Assembly (NCBI RefSeq): GCF_003334785.1
Contig: NZ_QOWV01000001.1
DNA length: 64,000 nucleotides
Reading direction: 5' to 3' (one strand)
Source of the DNA: Escherichia coli
GTDB lineage: Bacteria; Pseudomonadota; Gammaproteobacteria; Enterobacterales; Enterobacteriaceae
Shown: positions 61,998 through 64,000 of the stretch, in pieces
Position numbering within the stretch: the first letter of the stretch is position 1
Layout: every line of letters begins with the position of its first letter
The notes under the pieces: model-generated
Databases searched by the model: none
Seen by the model: only the letters and a program-made list of their open reading frames with translations
Told to the model about the DNA's origin: nothing
Position numbers and translations under genes: made by a program

Positions 61998-62444
61998 TTA
62001 TTCAAAACGACGACGTGCATTGGCTTCACGCGCAGCTTGCGCTGTTTCTACCGATACCACGCGACGACCAACCGGCCATAGTGCAATAGCGGCAATTTTA
62101 AAGTTCGCAATGCCGACAGGAATGCCAATGATTGAAATACATTGTGCGATGCCCGTTGCAATGTGCATCAGGCATAACCACCAGCCAAAGAAAATCAGCC
62201 AGAAAATATTCAATACCGTACCGCCAGTATTCAGCAGCACATTTTTGCCAGCCGGGTTCAGTTCATCGACATGAATAGCTTCATTGCCATAAGGCACCAG
62301 AGACAGTTTAGTGATCTCCCAGCAGGATCGTGTCAGCGGTAAGGTAAAAATCAGCACAATACTGACCAGAGTCGCCAACAGCCAGCCCAGAGTGGTGGCA
62401 AATCCGCCAAGCACAAAGTTCAGAATGTTCAAAACGGTACGCAT
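61998..62444 (-). CDS. yccF: small inner membrane protein (DUF307)
   Basis: 148-aa hydrophobic ORF. Confidence 0.82.
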   Translation of the reverse strand: MRTVLNILNFVLGGFATTLGWLLATLVSIVLIFTLPLTRSCWEITKLSLVPYGNEAIHVDELNPAGKNVLLNTGGTVLNIFWLIFFGWWLCLMHIATGIAQCISIIGIPVGIANFKIAAIALWPVGRRVVSVETAQAAREANARRRFE

Positions 62445-62566
62445 AAAACCTCGCTTTACTGTGGTTTTCAGTAATGGGCGGCAATTGTAACGTTTTTTTG
62501 GGCTGGAGCACGTTTTCTCTGACGGTTACACTGATAAGAAATAATTTCGTGTGGATCTACAGAGTC

Positions 62567-64000
62567 ATGGAACTGAAAGCGACAACGCTTGGAAAACGTC
62601 TGGCACAGCACCCTTACGATCGGGCGGTGATCCTCAATGCCGGGATTAAAGTCTCCGGCGATCGCCACGAATACCTTATTCCTTTCAATCAATTACTGGC
62701 GATTCACTGTAAGCGCGGTCTGGTATGGGGCGAGCTGGAATTTGTACTGCCGGACGAAAAAGTGGTGCGTCTGCACGGCACCGAATGGGGCGAGACGCAG
62801 CGTTTTTACCATCATCTTGATGCTCACTGGCGGCGGTGGAGTGGCGAGATGAGCGAAATTGCGTCTGGTGTTTTACGCCAGCAACTGGATTTGATTGCCA
62901 CGCGCACTGGGGAAAATAAATGGCTGACGCGTGAGCAAACCTCTGGCGTGCAGCAACAAATCCGCCAGGCTTTGTCGGCGTTGCCGTTGCCGGTTAACCG
63001 ACTGGAAGAATTCGATAACTGCCGTGAGGCGTGGCGTAAATGTCAGGCCTGGTTGAAAGATATTGAAAGCGCTCGGTTGCAGCATAACCAGGCGTATACC
63101 GAAGCCATGCTTACCGAGTATGCGGATTTTTTCCGCCAGGTCGAGTCTTCACCGCTGAATCCGGCGCAGGCCCGGGCAGTCGTTAATGGCGAGCATTCTC
63201 TGTTAGTGCTGGCAGGTGCAGGAAGCGGAAAAACGTCGGTGCTGGTGGCCCGTGCAGGCTGGTTGCTGGCGCGTGGTGAAGCGTCCCCTGAGCAAATTTT
63301 ATTGCTGGCGTTTGGTCGCAAAGCCGCTGAAGAGATGGACGAGCGGATTCGCGAACGGCTACATACCGAAGACATTACCGCACGCACGTTTCATGCGCTG
63401 GCGCTGCATATTATTCAGCAGGGCAGCAAAAAAGTTCCGATAGTCAGCAAACTGGAAAATGATACCGCTGCCCGTCATGAACTCTTTATTGCTGAGTGGC
63501 GCAAGCAATGCAGCGAAAAGAAAGCGCAGGCGAAGGGCTGGCGGCAATGGCTGACGGAAGAAATGCAGTGGTCAGTGCCAGAAGGTAACTTCTGGGATGA
63601 TGAAAAATTACAGCGTCGCCTTGCCTCTCGCCTCGATCGCTGGGTAAGTCTGATGCGGATGCACGGTGGTGCACAGGCAGAAATGATTGCCAGTGCACCC
63701 GAAGAGATTCGCGATCTGTTCAGTAAACGTATCAAGTTGATGGCCCCGTTATTAAAAGCCTGGAAAGGTGCGCTGAAGGCAGAAAACGCTGTCGATTTTT
63801 CGGGCCTTATTCATCAGGCGATTGTGATTCTGGAGAAAGGTCGCTTTATCAGCCCGTGGAAGCATATTCTGGTTGATGAATTTCAGGATATCTCGCCGCA
63901 GCGGGCAGCGTTGTTAGCGGCATTACGCAAGCAAAACAGTCAGACGACGTTGTTCGCTGTTGGTGATGACTGGCAGGCGATTTACCGATTCAGCGGTGCG
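62567..64000 (+). CDS. helD: DNA helicase IV (UvrD-like), 5' partial; continues beyond window
   Basis: Open frame from ATG 62567 to window end (not in the ORF track because it has no stop); MELKATTLGKRLAQHPYDRAV..., Walker A GAGSGKTSV at about 63220. Confidence 0.9.
   Translation, partial: MELKATTLGKRLAQHPYDRAVILNAGIKVSGDRHEYLIPFNQLLAIHCKRGLVWGELEFVLPDEKVVRLHGTEWGETQRFYHHLDAHWRRWSGEMSEIASGVLRQQLDLIATRTGENKWLTREQTSGVQQQIRQALSALPLPVNRLEEFDNCREAWRKCQAWLKDIESARLQHNQAYTEAMLTEYADFFRQVESSPLNPAQARAVVNGEHSLLVLAGAGSGKTSVLVARAGWLLARGEASPEQILLLAFGRKAAEEMDERIRERLHTEDITARTFHALALHIIQQGSKKVPIVSKLENDTAARHELFIAEWRKQCSEKKAQAKGWRQWLTEEMQWSVPEGNFWDDEKLQRRLASRLDRWVSLMRMHGGAQAEMIASAPEEIRDLFSKRIKLMAPLLKAWKGALKAENAVDFSGLIHQAIVILEKGRFISPWKHILVDEFQDISPQRAALLAALRKQNSQTTLFAVGDDWQAIYRFSGA

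Overview
This 64-kb window reads as contiguous enterobacterial core chromosome that I recognise, from the translated ORFs, as the Escherichia coli K-12-type rpsA-to-helD region. It carries 51 protein-coding genes and one disrupted gene, with no rRNA, tRNA, CRISPR array, IS element, integrase or prophage gene visible. Gene order is: rpsA, ihfB, ycaI, msbA-lpxK, ycaQ, ycaR-kdsB, ycbJ, elyC, cmoM-mukFEB, ldtD, mepK, gloC, aspC, ompF, asnS, pncB, pepN, ssuEADCB, the elf fimbrial operon (elfADCG-ycbUVF), pyrD, zapC, ycbX, rlmL, uup, pqiABC, rmf, fabA, ycbZ, matP, ompA, sulA, sxy, yccS, yccF and the 5' part of helD. Gene calls rest on ORF length, recognisable motifs and my recollection of these proteins; no database search was run. 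I do not see evidence for an undescribed biological system here. The one clear anomaly is a perfect 34-bp tandem duplication inside the fimbrial usher gene elfC (copies at 39410-39443 and 39444-39477), which frameshifts the gene into a 737-aa fragment and a 170-aa tail; removing one copy restores a single 866-aa usher. Other findings are known regulatory architecture that can be read directly from the sequence, plus a few low-confidence speculative items.
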